Source: Eledone cirrhosa (lineage: Eukaryota). From it: a stretch of 64,000 nucleotides of DNA. Under the pieces are notes generated by a model that saw nothing but the letters and a program-made list of their open reading frames with translations, ran no database searches and was not told where the DNA came from. This document shows, one piece after another, positions 27,345 through 42,900 of this stretch. The position numbers were made by a program, and so were the translations under genes. The stretch is taken from contig OZ024744.1 in assembly GCA_964016885.1 (NCBI GenBank), positions 106,888,001 to 106,952,000 on the forward strand. Reading direction: 5' to 3'. Numbering within the stretch: position 1 is the stretch's first letter; each line of letters begins with the position of its first letter.

Positions 27345-29033
27345 TCATCATCATTTTACGCCCGCTTTTCCCTGCTTGCAAGGGTGGGACGGGTCCTATT
27401 CAGCATCTCTCTACTTGTCACGGTCCTTCGTCCTCTCCACTGTGAGCTTCAGTGATCTGAGGTCTGTTCTCACCACCTCCGCCCATGTTTTTCGTGGTCT
27501 ACCTCTACTACATCTTCCTTCAACAGGCATTTCCTGGCACTTCTTCACACATTGGTCATCCTCCATGCGCATCACATGTCCATACCACCTCAGTCTCCTC
27601 TCTCACACACTACATTTTATCCCTCTCAGACACAGTTTCTCTCTCAACACATCCATGCTCGGTCGTTCACACACATTGACATTGCACATCCAATTGAGCA
27701 TGTTTGCCTCATTTCTCTCCAGCCGTTGCATATCCTCTGCAGTTGCTACCCATGTCTCACTACCATGCAGCATCGCGCTCCTCACACAGGCATCATATAA
27801 CTGGCCTTTCGTACACGGGGAGAAACCCTTCGTCAGCAGAGGAAGCAGTTCCCTAAACTTCTTCTAACCCATCCTTATTCTAGATACTCTGGCCTCGGAA
27901 CACCCCCCTCCCCATACTAATCTGATCAACTAGGTACCGGAAGCTATCAACCACTTCTATAGCACACACCTACATTTGAAATATGTGTTTATCAATGTGA
28001 CTTCTACTGTCAAATTTCCCTGTACATCTACTGCATACGTATTTCTCCCTACTTGTTAGTTTGCCTGCTATCCCACTACATCTCTTGTGTACCCAAGATC
28101 TGCATTGTGTGCATTTTATAGAATTTATGCCAGTTCCTTTTCTGCATATCGAACATGGCCATTTCCCCGACGGAATCAGAGTTTTGTCCTCTTTTCTACT
28201 CATCAACACTTTTGTCTTAGCTAGGTTCACTCTCAGTCCTCTTGATTCCAACTGCTGTTTCCATAACCAGAATTTATTCTCTAGCTCCTCTACTGATTCT
28301 GCTATAAGAACCAGATTGTCAGCATAGAGAAGTTCCCATGGACAGCCAGTCTTAAATTCCTCTGTTATGACTTGGAGGACTATAATGAAGAGCGGGCTGA
28401 GGACAAACCCTGATGTACTCCTACTTGTATCTGGAATTCCTCACTAAACTCCATTCCTACCCTCACTTTACTGACAGCACCTCTGTACAAAGCTTGCACT
28501 GTCCTTACAAGCCATTCTTCAACACCTCGTTTCCTTAGCGACCACCAGATGACAGATCGGGGTACCCTATTAAAGGCCTTCTCTAGGTCAACAAAAGCTA
28601 AGTATAGTGGCTTATTCTTCTCTAAGAACCTCTCTTGCATTTGTCTCACCAAGAAGAGGGGATCTGTTGTACTTTTACCGGGCACAAAACAAAACTGCAT
28701 TTCATCTAGTTTGACCCTTTCTCTAATTAGTTGTGCTAATATCCTTTCTGCCACTTTCATAACCTGATCCATCAGTTTTATACCCCTATAATTGCTCCTC
28801 TCCAGAGCATCCCCTTTACCTTTGTAGCAATTTATGAGAATACTGCTGCACCAGTCTTTGGGTATGACACCACCATATATAGCCTGATTGATGATGCGTG
28901 CAACCAGTTTAGTGCCTACATCCCCTGATGCCTTCAGCATCTCAGCAACTATCCCCGACGGTCCAGCGGCCTTACCATTTTTCATTTCCTTAATCGCCTC
29001 TTGGACCCTATATTCGTCAATCTCAATAGCTGG
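27345..29033 (-). mobile_element. 5'-truncated RTE-clade LINE (RT domain to 3' tail), frameshifted
   Basis: ORFs 28380..28985 (KAAGPSG, KGKGDALERSNYRGIKL, FVDLEKAFNRVP, GVHQG), 27970..28251 and 27603..27785 (MLHGSETW). Catalytic motif reads YADN. (ATG)n tail at 27345-27355. Confidence 0.95.
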
Positions 29034-29068
29034 TTAATATATATTAACATGATAAATAAAGGAATTAC

Positions 29069-29147
29069 CTCAACATCCAGGTGTCATATTCAATGTCAGT
29101 CATAGTTGCTGGAAACTTTAATTCTTCAGGTTTTATTAAGGTCACAC
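29069..29147 (-). CDS. NEURL4: Next internal coding exon of NEURL4 (NHR domain continued); absent from the ORF track
   Basis: Minus strand reads cctttgcttatag|GTGTGACC...TGGATGTTGAG|gtaatt. It joins the 58622 exon in phase 1 to give [27 protein letters not shown], the expected continuation (vertebrate NEURL4 from memory: [28 protein letters not shown]). 79 nt, phase 1-2. Confidence 0.93.
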
Positions 29148-29599
29148 CTATAAGCAAAGGTAAGACTAAATTTTTAATGATATAATATAGAAAATATTCA
29201 ATTGAAGTATGGAGAATTATGTAGCAATTTTCTACCAATATATGTATGTATGCATGTATGTCTGCATGTCTGCATGTATGTGTGTGTATTCTTCTGGTTT
29301 TATAATTTCACAAAGTTTTACCAATAGAGAGAGAGTCGGTTTCTAACATAGACACAAGACTCTATCATTGGAATTTACACATCAACTAGGTAGATATGTA
29401 TGTATGCACGCATGTGTAGATATGGATGTTATTGTATGTGTGGATGTGGATGTTTTGAGTTGTATGTGTGCATGTGTATATGCTTTGTATCTGTACATGT
29501 GTATATGCAGTTATTAGATGCAAAATATTTGGAATGTTTTACATATTTTTACTGTTCCATTAATGGATTGTACTTGTAATTTCCTAACTAGTTGTGTTC

Positions 29600-29625
29600 T
29601 TTGTATGTATGTATGTATGTATGTA

Positions 29626-29660
<35 letters not shown>

Positions 29661-29760
29661 ATGTGTATGTATGTGTGTATGAGTGTATGTATGTGTGTAT
29701 GCATGTACATATGCATGTGTGTATGTGTTTGTGTATGTATGTATGCGTGTGTATATACAA
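29600..29760. repeat. (TATG)n/(TG)n compound microsatellite
   Basis: Directly visible. Confidence 0.9.
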
Positions 29761-29789
29761 ATGAAAGGAAAGAACACTAAATAAAGCAT

Positions 29790-29940
29790 GTTTATTTATT
29801 CTTTTATTGTTTCTAGTCATTAGACTGTGGCCATGCTGGAGCATCACCTTCATTTAATCAATCATATCTCCCCCAGAACGTTTTTTTTTAAAGTTTGGTA
29901 TGTATTTTATCAATTTCTTTTTTGTCAGGCCACTAAGTTC
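29790..29940. mobile_element. Fragment of an octopus-type SINE-like interspersed repeat
   Basis: tagtcattagactgtggccatgctggagcatcacc...ccactaagtt resembles an abundant octopus repeat recalled from memory. Family not verified. Confidence 0.45.
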
Positions 29941-30150
29941 ATCATCATCATTATCATCATCATCATTTAATATCCATTTTCCAGGTTAGACTGGTTGTCA
30001 TGTTAGCAGACAAGTCAGGACAGGAGTCCATATCTTGCTCATAAAGAATCTGTATTTTGACTTTGTTTCTATGGCTGGATGGCCTCACTAACAACAACCA
30101 TGTTTCAGGGTAGACTAGGTGCCTTTTATCATGTTACCAGCACGACTACC
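29941..30150 (-). mobile_element. 3' part of an RTE-tailed SINE that runs into the 48-bp minisatellite
   Basis: (CAT)n tail at 29941-29965, then tttctatggctggatggcctcactaacaacaacc, homologous to 59580-59612 and the reverse complement of 61969-62003. Confidence 0.7.
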
Positions 30151-32970
30151 GTACAGGGTAGACTGGGTGCTTTTATTTAAGTCACCAGCACAACCACTTT
30201 ACAGAATGGACAGGGTGCTTTTATTTGAGTCACCAGCACAACTACCTTACAGTATGGACTGGGTGTTTTTACTAGAGTCACCAGTATGACCACCTTACAG
30301 AATGGACTGGGTGCTTTTACTAGAGTCACCAGCACAACCACCTTACAGAATAGACTGGGTGTTTTTACTAGAGTCACCAGTACGACCACCTTACAGAATG
30401 GACTGGGTGCTTTTACTATAGTCACCAGCACAACCACCTTACAGAATGGACTGGGTGCTTTTAAATGAGTCACCAGCACAACCACCTTACAGAATGGACT
30501 GGGTGCTTTTATTTGAGTCACCAGCACAACCACCTTACAGAATGGACAGTGTTTTTACTAGAGTCACCAGTATGACCACCTTACAGAATGGACTGGGTGT
30601 TTTTACTAGAGTCACCAGTATGACCACCTTACAGAATGGACTGGGTGCTTTTATTTGAGTCACCAGCACAACCACCTTACGGAATGGACTGGGTGTTTTT
30701 ATTTGAGTCACCAGCACAACCACCTTACAGAATGGACAGGGTGCTTTTACTAGAGTCACCAGCACAACCACCTTACAGAATGGACTGGGTGCTTTTACTA
30801 GAGTCACCAGCACAACCACCTTACAGAATGGACTGGGTGTTTTTACTAGAGTCACCAGTATGACCACCTTACAGAATGGACTGGGTGCTTTTATTTGAGT
30901 CACCAGCACAACCACCTTACAGAATGGACTGGGTGTTTTTATTTTAGTCACCAGCACACGCAGCTTACAGAATGGACTGGGTGTTTTTACTAGAGTCACC
31001 AGCACAACCACCTTACAGAATGGACTGGGTGTTTTTTCTAGAGTCACCAGCACACCGAGCTTACAGAATGGACTGGGTGTTTTTATTTGAGTCACCAGCA
31101 CAACCACCTTACAGAATGGACTGGGTGTTTTTACTAGAGTCACCAGCACAACCACCTTACAGAATGGACTGGGTGTTTTTACTAGAGTCACCAGTATGAC
31201 CACCTTACAGAATGGACTGGCTGCTTTTATTTGAGTCACCAGCACAACCACTTTACAGAATGGACTGGGTGTTTTTATTAGAGTCACCAGCACAACCACC
31301 TTACAGAATGGACTGGGTGCTTTTATTTGAGTCACCAGCACACCGAGCTTACAGAATGGACTGGGTGTTTTTATTAGAGTCACCAGTATGACCACCTTAC
31401 AGAATGGACTGGGTGCTTTTATTTGAGTCACCAGCACAACCACTTTACAGAATGGACTGGGTGTTTTTACTAGAGTCACCAGCACAACCACCTTACAGAA
31501 TGGACTGGGTGTTTTTACTAGAGTCACCAGTATGACCACTTTACAGAATGGACTGGGTGCTTTTATTTGAGTCACCAGAACAACCACCTTACAGAATGGA
31601 CTGGGTGTTTTTATTTGAGTCACCTGTACGACCACCTTACAGAATGGACTGGGTGCTTTTATTTGAGTCACCAGCACACCGAGCTTACAGAATGGACTGG
31701 GTGCTTTTATTTGAGTCACCAGCACAACCACCTTACAGAATGGACAGTGTTTTTACTAGAGTCACCAGTATGACCACCTTACAGAATGGACTGGGTGCTT
31801 TTACTAGAGTCACCAGTACGACCACCTTACAGAATGGACTGGGTGTTTTTACTAGAGTCACCAGTACGACCACCTTACAGAATGGACTGGGTGTTTTTAT
31901 TTGAGTCACCAGCACACCCACCTTACAGAATGGACTGGGTGCTTTTATTTGAGTCACCAGCACAACCACCTTACAGAATGGACTGGGTGTTTTTACTAGA
32001 GTCACCAGTACGACCACCTTACAGAATGGACTGGGTGTTTTTACTAGAGTCACCAGTATGACCACTTTACAGAATGGACTGGGTGCTTTTATTTGAGTCA
32101 CCAGAACAATCACCTTACAGAATGGACTGGGTGCTTTTATTTGAGTCACCAGCACAACCACCTTACAGAATGGACTGGGTGTTTTTACTAGAGTCACCAG
32201 TATGACCACCTTACAGAATGGACTGGGTGCTTTTACTAGAGTCACCAGTACGACCACCTTACAGAATGGACTGGGTGTTTTTACTAGAGTCACCAGTACG
32301 ACCACCTTACAGAATGGACTGGGTGTTTTTATTTGAGTCACCAGCACACCCACCTTACAGAATGGACTGGGTGCTTTTATTTGAGTCACCAGCACAACCA
32401 CCTTACAGAATGGACTGGGTGTTTTTACTAGAGTCACCAGTACGACCACCTTACAGAATGGACTGGGTGTTTTTACTAGAGTCACCAGTATGACCACTTT
32501 ACAGAATGGACTGGGTGCTTTTATTTGAGTCACCAGAACAATCACCTTACAGAATGGACTGGGTGCTTTTATTTGAGTCACCAGCACAACCACCTTACAG
32601 AATGGACTGGGTGTTTTTACTAGAGTCACCAGTACGACCAGCTTACAGAATGGACTGGGTGCTTTTACTAGAGTCACCAGTACGACCACCTTACAGAATG
32701 GACTGGGTGTTTTTACTAGTGTCACCAGTACGACCACCTTACAGAATGGACTGGGTGTTTTTACTAGAGTCACCAGTACGACCACCTTACAGAATGGACT
32801 GGGTGTTTTTACTAGAGTCACCAGTACGACCACCTTACAGAATGGACTGGGTGTTTTTACTAGAGTCACCAGCACAACCACCTTACAGAATGGAGTGGGT
32901 GCTTTTACTAGAGTCACCAGTATGACCTCCTTGCGGGGTAGATTGGGTGCTTTAGTAGTTGTGACACCAG
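30100..32970. repeat. 48-bp minisatellite, ~59 copies (TTACAGAATGGACTGGGTG(T/C)TTTTA(CTA/TTT)GAGTCACCAG(CACA/TACG/TATG)ACCACC)
   Basis: Period 48 is directly visible. A 432-bp (9-unit) block is duplicated at 31786 and 32218. A 46-bp variant occurs at ~30541 and ~31739. Confidence 0.97.
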
Positions 32971-33184
32971 ATTGCCATACAGGATGGACAAAGCAGCATT
33001 ACGGGAAGGGAAAGAGGGAATAGATTTGGAGCATGTCCAGCTTCCCATGTTTATCATATGGACAGGACAGGAGAGGAGAAGGAATAGGGAAGATGGACAG
33101 GGATAAGATGAGTGGTGCATATAGTTAGTGAGGGTGGGGTATTATGACAGAGGAGAGTGAATGGGGAAGGAGTAGGAAGATGAT

Positions 33185-33876
33185 TAATGTGGGCTAATAT
33201 CCTCTACATGTTTGTTTATGATGTGGGCTAATGTACCCCTACATGTTTCTTTATGATGTGGGCTAATGTCCTCTACATGTTTCTTTATGATGTGGGCTAA
33301 TGTCCTCTACATGTTTATGATGTGGGTTAATGTCCTCTACATGTTTGTTTATGATGTGGGCTAATGTCCTCTACATGTTTATGATGTGGGCTAATGTCCT
33401 CTACATGTTTGTTTATGATGTGGGCTAATGTCCTCTACATGTTTGTTTATGATGTGGGCTAATGTCCTCTACATGTTTGTTTATGATGTGAGCTAATGTC
33501 CTCTACATGTTTATGAGGTGGGCTAATGTCCTCTACATGTTTGTTTATGATGTGGGCTAATGTCCTCTACATGTTTATGATGTGGGCTAATGTCCTCCAC
33601 ATGTTTGTTTATGATGTGGGCTAATGTCCTCTACATGTTTGTTTATGATGTGGGCTAATGTACCCCTACATGTTTCTTTATGATGTGGGCTAATGTCCTC
33701 TACATGTTTCTTTATGATGTGTACTAATGTCCTCTACATGTTTGTTTGTGATGTGGGCTAATGTCCTCTACATGTTTATGATGTGGACTAATGTCCTCTA
33801 CATGTTTGTTTATGATGTGGGCTAATGTCCTCTACATGTTTATGAGGTGGGCTAATGTCCTGTACATGTTTGTTTA
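33185..33876. repeat. 34/30-bp minisatellite TGATGTGGGCTAATGTCCTCTACATGTTT(GTTT)A, ~21 copies
   Basis: Directly visible. Confidence 0.96.
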
Positions 33877-33954
33877 GTCTTGTGTACATGGAAAGGGGGG
33901 TTTTCTGTAGAATAGCATAATACCAGAGACACTGGTTACAAAGAGTAAATGGAA

Positions 33955-36900
33955 ATAGACACGCACGCACCATAGATAGAGACACACACACCACAGAGAG
34001 AGACACACACACCACAGATAGAGACACACACCACAGATAGAGACACACATACCACAGATAGAGACACACACAGCACATATAGAGACACACACAGCACAGA
34101 TAGATACACACACAACTCAGACAGAGACACACACACCACAGATAGAGAGATACACACACACCACAGATAGAGACACACACCACAGATAGAGACACACACA
34201 CCACAGATAGATACACACACCACATATAGAGACACACACACCACAGATAGAGACGCACACACACCACAGATAGAGACACACACCACAGATAGAGACACAC
34301 ACACCACAGATAGAGACACACACACACCACAGATAGAGAGACACACACCACAGATAGACAGACACACCACAGATAGAGACACACACACCACAGATAGAGA
34401 CACACACACCACAGATAGAGACACACACAACTCAGATAGACACACACCACAGATAGAGAGACACACACCACAGATAGACAGACACACCACAGATAGAGAC
34501 ACACACACCACAGATAGAGACACACACACCACAGATAGAGACACACACAACTCAGATAGACACACACCACAGATAGAGACACACATACCACAGATAGAGA
34601 CACACACAGCACAGATAGAGAGACACACCAGATAGACAGACACACCACAGATAGAGACACACACACCACAGATAGAGACACACACACACCACAGATAGAG
34701 ACACACACACACCACAGATAGAGACACACACCACAGGTAGAGACACACACACCATAGATAGAGACACACACCACATATAGAAACACACACCACAGATAGA
34801 GACACACACCACAGATAGAGACACACACACCACAGATAGAGACACACACACCACAGATAGAGACACACACCACAGATAGAGACACACACCACAGATAGAG
34901 ACACACACCACAGATAGAGACACACACCACAGATAGACATACACACCACATATAGAGACACACACCACAGATAGCGACACATACCACAGATAGAGAGACA
35001 CACACCACAGATAGAGACACACACACCACAGATAGAGACACACACACACCACAGATAGAGACGCACACACACCACAGATAGAGAGACACACACCACAGAT
35101 AGAGACACACACCACATATAGAGACACACACCACAGATAGAGACACACACACCACAGATAGAGACACACACCACAGATAGAGACACACAACACACCACAG
35201 ATAGAGACACACAACACACCACAGATAGAGACACACACACACCACAGATAGAGAGACACACACCACAGATAGAGACACACACCACATATAGAGACACACA
35301 CACACCACAGATAGAGACACACACACACCACAGATAGAGACACACACACACCACAGATAGAGAGACACACACCACAGATAGAGACACACACCACAGATAG
35401 AGACACACACCACAGATAGACACACACACCACAGATAGACACACACACCACAGATAAAGAGACACACACCACAGATAGACACACACACCACAGATAGAAA
35501 GACACACACCACAGATAGAGACACACACCACATATAGAAACACACACCACAGATAGAGACACACAGCACAGATAGAGACACACACACCACAGATAGAGAC
35601 ACACACACCACAGATAGAGACACACACACCACAGATAGCGACACACACCACAGATAGAGACACACACACCACAGATAGATACACACACACCACAGATAGA
35701 GACACACACCACAGATAGAGACACACACACCACAGATAGAGACACACACCACAGATAGACACACACACAACAGATAGAGACACACACACCACAGATAGAT
35801 ACACACACACCACAGATAGAGACATACACAACTCACATAGAGACACACACCACAGATAGAGACACACATACCACAGATAGAGACACACACAGCAGAGATA
35901 GATACACACACACCACAGATAGAGACACACACAACTCAGATAGAGACACACACAACTCAGATAGAGAGACACACCAGATAGACAGATGCACCACAGATAG
36001 AGACACACACCACAGATAGAGACACACACACCATAGATAGAGACACACACCACATATAGAAACACACACCACAGATAGAGACACACACCACAGATAGAGA
36101 CACACATACACCACAGATAGAGACACACACACCACAGATAGACACACACACCACAGATAGAGACACACACCACAGATAGACATACACACCACACATAGAG
36201 ACACACACCACAGATAGAGACACACACAGCAGATAGAGACACACACCACAGATAGAGACACACACATCACAGATAGAGACACACACTACAGATAGAGATG
36301 CACACCACAGATAGAGACACACACTACAGATAGAGACACACACACCACAGATAGAGACACACACACACCACAGATAGAGACACACACACACCACAGATAG
36401 AGAGACACACACCACATATAGAGACACACACACCACAGATAGAGACATACACCTCAGATAGAGACACACACACACCACAGATAGAGAGACACACACCACA
36501 GATAGAGACACACACCACAGATAGAGACACACACCACAGATAGACACACACACCACAGATAAAGAGACACACACCACAGATAGACACACACACCACAGAT
36601 AGAGAGACACACACCACAGATAGAGACACACACCACATATAGAAACACACACCACAGATAGAGACACACACCACAGATAGAGACACACACACCACAGATA
36701 GAGACACACACACCACAGATAGAGACACACACACCACAGATAGCGACACACACCACAGATAGAGACACACACACCACAGATAGATACACACACACCACAG
36801 ATAGACACACACACAACAGATAGAAACACACACACCACAGATAGAGACATACACCACAGATAGACACACACCACAGATAGTTACATACACCACAGATAGA

Positions 36901-39900
36901 GACACACACCACAGATAGAGACACACACAGCAGATAGAGACACACACAGCAGATAGAGACACACACCACAGATAGAGACACACACTACAGATAGAGACAC
37001 ACACCACAGATAGAGACACACACTACAGATAGAGACACACACCACAGATAGAGACACACACAGCAGATAGAGACACACACCACAGATAGAGACACACACT
37101 ACAGATAGAGACACACACCACAGATAGACAGACACACCACAGATAGAGACACACACACCACAGATAGACAGACACACCACAGATAGAGACACACACACCA
37201 CAGATAGCGACACACACCACAGATAGAGACACACACACCACAGATAGAGACACACACCACAGATAGACACACACACAACAGATAGAGACACACACACCAC
37301 AGATAGATACACACACACCACAGATAGAGACATACACCTCAGATAGAGACACACACACCACACATAGAGACACACACCACAGATAGAGACACACACAGCA
37401 GATAGAGACACACACCACAGATAGAGACACACACACCACAGATAGAGATGCACACCACAGATAGAGACACACACTACAGATAGAGACACACACACCACAG
37501 ATAGAGACACACACCACAGATAGACAGACACACCACAGATAGAGACACACACCACAGATAGAGACACACAGACCACAGATAGAGACACACACCACAGATA
37601 GAGACACACACACCACAGATAGAGACACACACACCACAGATAGAGACACACACACCACAGATAGAGACACACACTACAGATAGAGACACACACACCACAG
37701 ATAGAGACACACACCACAGATAGACAGACACACCACAGATAGAGACACACACACCACAGATAGCGACACACACCACAGATAGAGACACACACACCAGAGA
37801 TAGAGACACACACCACAGATAGACACACACACACAACAGATAGAGACACACACACCACAGATAGAGACATACACCTCAGATAGAGACACACACACCACAG
37901 ATAGAGACACACACCACAGATAGCCACACACACCACAGATAGAGACACACACCACAGATAGAGACACACACCACAGATAGAGACACAAACACCACAGATA
38001 GAGACACACACACCACAGATAGAGACACACACCACAGATAGAGACACACACACCATAGATAGAGACACACACTACAGATAGAGATGCACACCACAGATAG
38101 AGACACACACTACAGATAGAGACACACACACCACAGATAGAGACACACACCACAGATAGACAGACACACCACAGATAGACACACACACCACAGATAGAGA
38201 CACACAGCACAGATAGAGACACACACCACAGATAGACACACACACCACAGATAGAGACAGACACACCACAGATAGAGACACACACCACAGATAGAGACAC
38301 ACACCACAGATAGAGACACAAACACCACAGATAGAGACACACACACCACAGATAGAGACACACACACCACAGATAGAGACACACACACCACAGATAGAGA
38401 CACACACACCACAGATAGAGACACACACCACAGATAGAGACACACACCACAGATAGATACACACACACCACAGATAGAGACACACACCACAGATAGAGAC
38501 ACACACACCACAGATAGATACACACACACCACAGATAGACACACACACAACAGATAGACACACACACCACAGATAGATACACACACACCACAGATAGAGA
38601 CATACACCTCAGATAGAGACACACACCACATATAGAGACACACACCACAGATAGATACAGACACACCACAGATAGAGACACACACCACAGATAGACACAC
38701 ACACCACAGATAGACACACACACCACAGATAGACACACACACCACAGATAGATAGACACACACCACAGATAGTTACATACAGCACACATAGAGACACACA
38801 CACCAGAGATAGAGACACACACCACAGATAGAGACACACACCACAGATAGAGACACACACTACAGATAGAGACGCACACCACAGATAGAGACACACACTA
38901 CAGATAGAGACACACACACCACAGATAGATAGACACACACCACAGATAGTTACATACAGCACACATAGAGACACACACACCAGAGATAGAGACACACACC
39001 ACAGATAGAGACACACACCACAGATAGAGACACACACTACAGATAGAGACGCACACCACAGATAGAGACACACACTACAGATAGAGACACACACACCACA
39101 GATAGAGACACACACCACAGATAGACAGACACACCACAGATAGAGACACACACACCACAGATAGCGACACACACCACAGATAGAGACACACACACCAGAG
39201 ATAGAGACACACACCACAGATAGACACACACACAACAGATAGAGACACACACACCACAGATAGAGACATACACCTCAGATAGAGACACACACACCACAGA
39301 TAGAGACACACACCACAGATAGCCACACACACCACAGATAGTTACATACACCACACATAGAGACACACACCACAGATAGAGACACAAACACCACAGATAG
39401 AGACACACACCACAGATAGAGACACACACACCACAGATAGAGACAAACACACCACAGATAGAGACACACACCACAGATAGAGACACACACCACAGATAGA
39501 GACACAAACACCACAGATAGAGACACACACACCACAGATAGAGACACACACCACAGATAGAGACACACACACCACAGATAGAGACACACACTACAGATAG
39601 AGACACACACACCACAGATAGAGACACACACCACAGATAGACAGACACACCACAGATAGACACACACACCACAGATAGAGACACACAGCACAGATAGAGA
39701 CACACACCACAGATAGACACACACACCACAGATAGAGACAGACACACCACAGATAGAGACACACACCACAGATAGAGACACACACCACAGATAGAGACAC
39801 AAACACCACAGATAGAGACACACACACCACAGATAGACACACACACCACAGATAGAGACACACACACCACAGATAGAGACACACACCACAGATAGAGACA

Positions 39901-42900
39901 CACACCACAGATAGAGACACAAACACCACAGATAGAGACACACACACCACAGATAGAGACACACACACCACAGATAGAGACACACACACCACAGATAGAG
40001 ACACACACATCACAGATAGAGACACACACACCACAGATAGAGACACACACACCTCATATAGAGAAACACATCACAGACAGAGACTCACACCACAGATAGA
40101 GACACACACCACAGATAGAGACACACACACCACAGATAGAGAGACACACACCACAGATAGAGACACACACCACAGATAGAGACATACAGCACAGATAGAG
40201 ACACACACACCACAGAGAGACACACACAACACAGATAGAGACACACACCACATATAGAGACACACACACCACAGATAGAGACACACACACCACAGATAGA
40301 GACGCACACATCACAGACAGAGACACACACACCACAGATAGAGACAGACACACCTCATATAGAGAGAAACACCACAGATAGCTACACACACCACAGATAG
40401 AGACACACACCACAGATAGACACACACACACAGAGAGAGACACACACACCACATATAGAGACACACACACACCACAGATAGAGACACACACACCACAAAT
40501 AGAGACACACACGACAGATAGAGACATACACACCACAGATACTGACACACACACCACAGATAGAGACACACACAACTCAGAGAGAGACACACACCACATA
40601 TAGAGACACACACCACATACAGAGACACACACACCACAGATAGACAGACACACACACCACAGATAGAGACACACACCACAGATAGACACACACCACAGAT
40701 AGAGACATACACACCACAGATAGAGACACACACCACAGATAGACACACACACAACAGATAGAGACACACACACCACAGATAGATACACACACCACAGATA
40801 GACACACACCACAGATAGAGACACACACCAAAGATAGACACACACACAACAGATAGAGACACACACACCACAGATAGATACACACACCACAGATAGACAC
40901 ACACTACAGATAGAGACATACACCTCAGATAGAGACACACACCTCAGATAGAGACACACACACCACAGATAGAGACACACACCACAGATAGACACACACA
41001 CCACAGATAGTTACATACACGCCACAGATAGAGACACACACCTCAGATAGAGACACACACACCACAGATAGAGAGACACACCACAGATAGACACACACAC
41101 CACAGATAGTTACATACACCACACATAGACACACACACCACAGATAGAGACACACACAGCAGATAGAGACACACACCACAGATAGAGACACACACCACAG
41201 ATAGAGATGCACACCACAGATAGAGACACACACGCCACAGATAGAGACGCACACCACAGATAGAGACACACACCACAGATAGACATACACACCACAGATA
41301 GATACACACACACCACAGATAGAGACACACACACTACAGATAGAGACACACACACCACAGATAGAGACACACACCACAGATAGACAGACACACCACAGAT
41401 AGAGACACACACCACAGATAGAGACACACACCACAGATAGAGACACACACCACAGATAGAGACACACACCACAGATAGAGACACAAACACCACAGATAGA
41501 GACACACACACCACAGATAGAGACACACACACCACAGATAGAGACACACACACCACAGATAGAGACACACACACCACAGATAGAGACACACACACTACAG
41601 ATAGAGACACACACACCACAGATAGAGACACACACACTACAGATAGAGACACACACACCACAGATAGAGACACACACCACAGATAGACAGACACACCACA
41701 GATAGAGACACACACCACAGATAGAGACACACACCACAGATAGAGACACACACCACAGATAGAGACACACACCACAGATAGAGACACAAACACCACAGAT
41801 AGAGACACACACACCACAGATAGAGACACACACACCACAGATAGAGACACACACACCACAGATAGAGACACACACACCACAGATAGAGACACACACACTA
41901 CAGATAGAGACACACACACCACAGATAGAGACACACACCACAGATAGACAGACACACCACAGATAGAGACACACACCACAGATAGAGACACACACCACAG
42001 ATAGAGACACACACCACAGATAGAGACACACACCACAGATAGAGACACACACCACAGATAGAGACACACACCACAGATAGAGACACACACCACAGATAGA
42101 GACACACACCACAGATAGAGACACAAACACCACAGATAGAGACACACACACCACAGATAGAGACACACACACCACAGATAGAGACACACACACCACAGAT
42201 AGAGACACACACATCACAGATAGAGACACACACACCACAGATAGAGACACACACACCTCATATAGAGAAACACATCACAGACAGAGACACACACCACAGA
42301 TAGAGACACACACACCACAGATAGAGAGACACACACCACAGATAGAGGCACACACCACAGATAGAGACATACAGCACAGATAGAGACACACACACCACAG
42401 ATAGAGACACACACCACAGAGAGACACACACAACACAGATAGAGACACACACCACATATAGAGACACACACACCACAGATAGAGACAGACACACCACAGA
42501 TAGAGAGAAACACCACAGATAGCTACACACACCACAGATAGAGACACACACCACAGATAGAGACACACACCACAGATAGCTACACACACCACATATAGAG
42601 ACACACACCACAGATAGACACACACACCACAGAGAGAGACACACACACCACATATAGAGACACACACACACCACAGATAGAGACACACACACCACAAATA
42701 GAGACACACAAGACAGATAGAGACATACACACCACAGATACTGACACGCACCACAGATAGACACACACCACAGATAGAGACACACACACCGCAAATAGAG
42801 ACACTCACCACAGATAGACACACACACCAGAGATAGACACACACACCGCAGATAGACAGACACACACCACAGATAGAGACACACACACCAGAGATAGACA

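Larger units (their letters stand above)
1..29068 (-). other. Following NEURL4 intron (at least 29 kb, runs off the window)
   Basis: Donor at 29068. I found no exon encoding the expected continuation (S-G-x-x-x-M-x-D-G...) between 29068 and 1. Confidence 0.65.

Noticed and set aside
30177-32925. 16-aa repeat ORFs (KVVVLVTLVKTPSPFC / MDWVLLFESPAQPPYR)
   Set aside because: A 48-bp unit is a multiple of 3 and is SINE-derived. The frame is broken by 46-bp units. The MDW motif resemblance to reflectin-type repeats is superficial.
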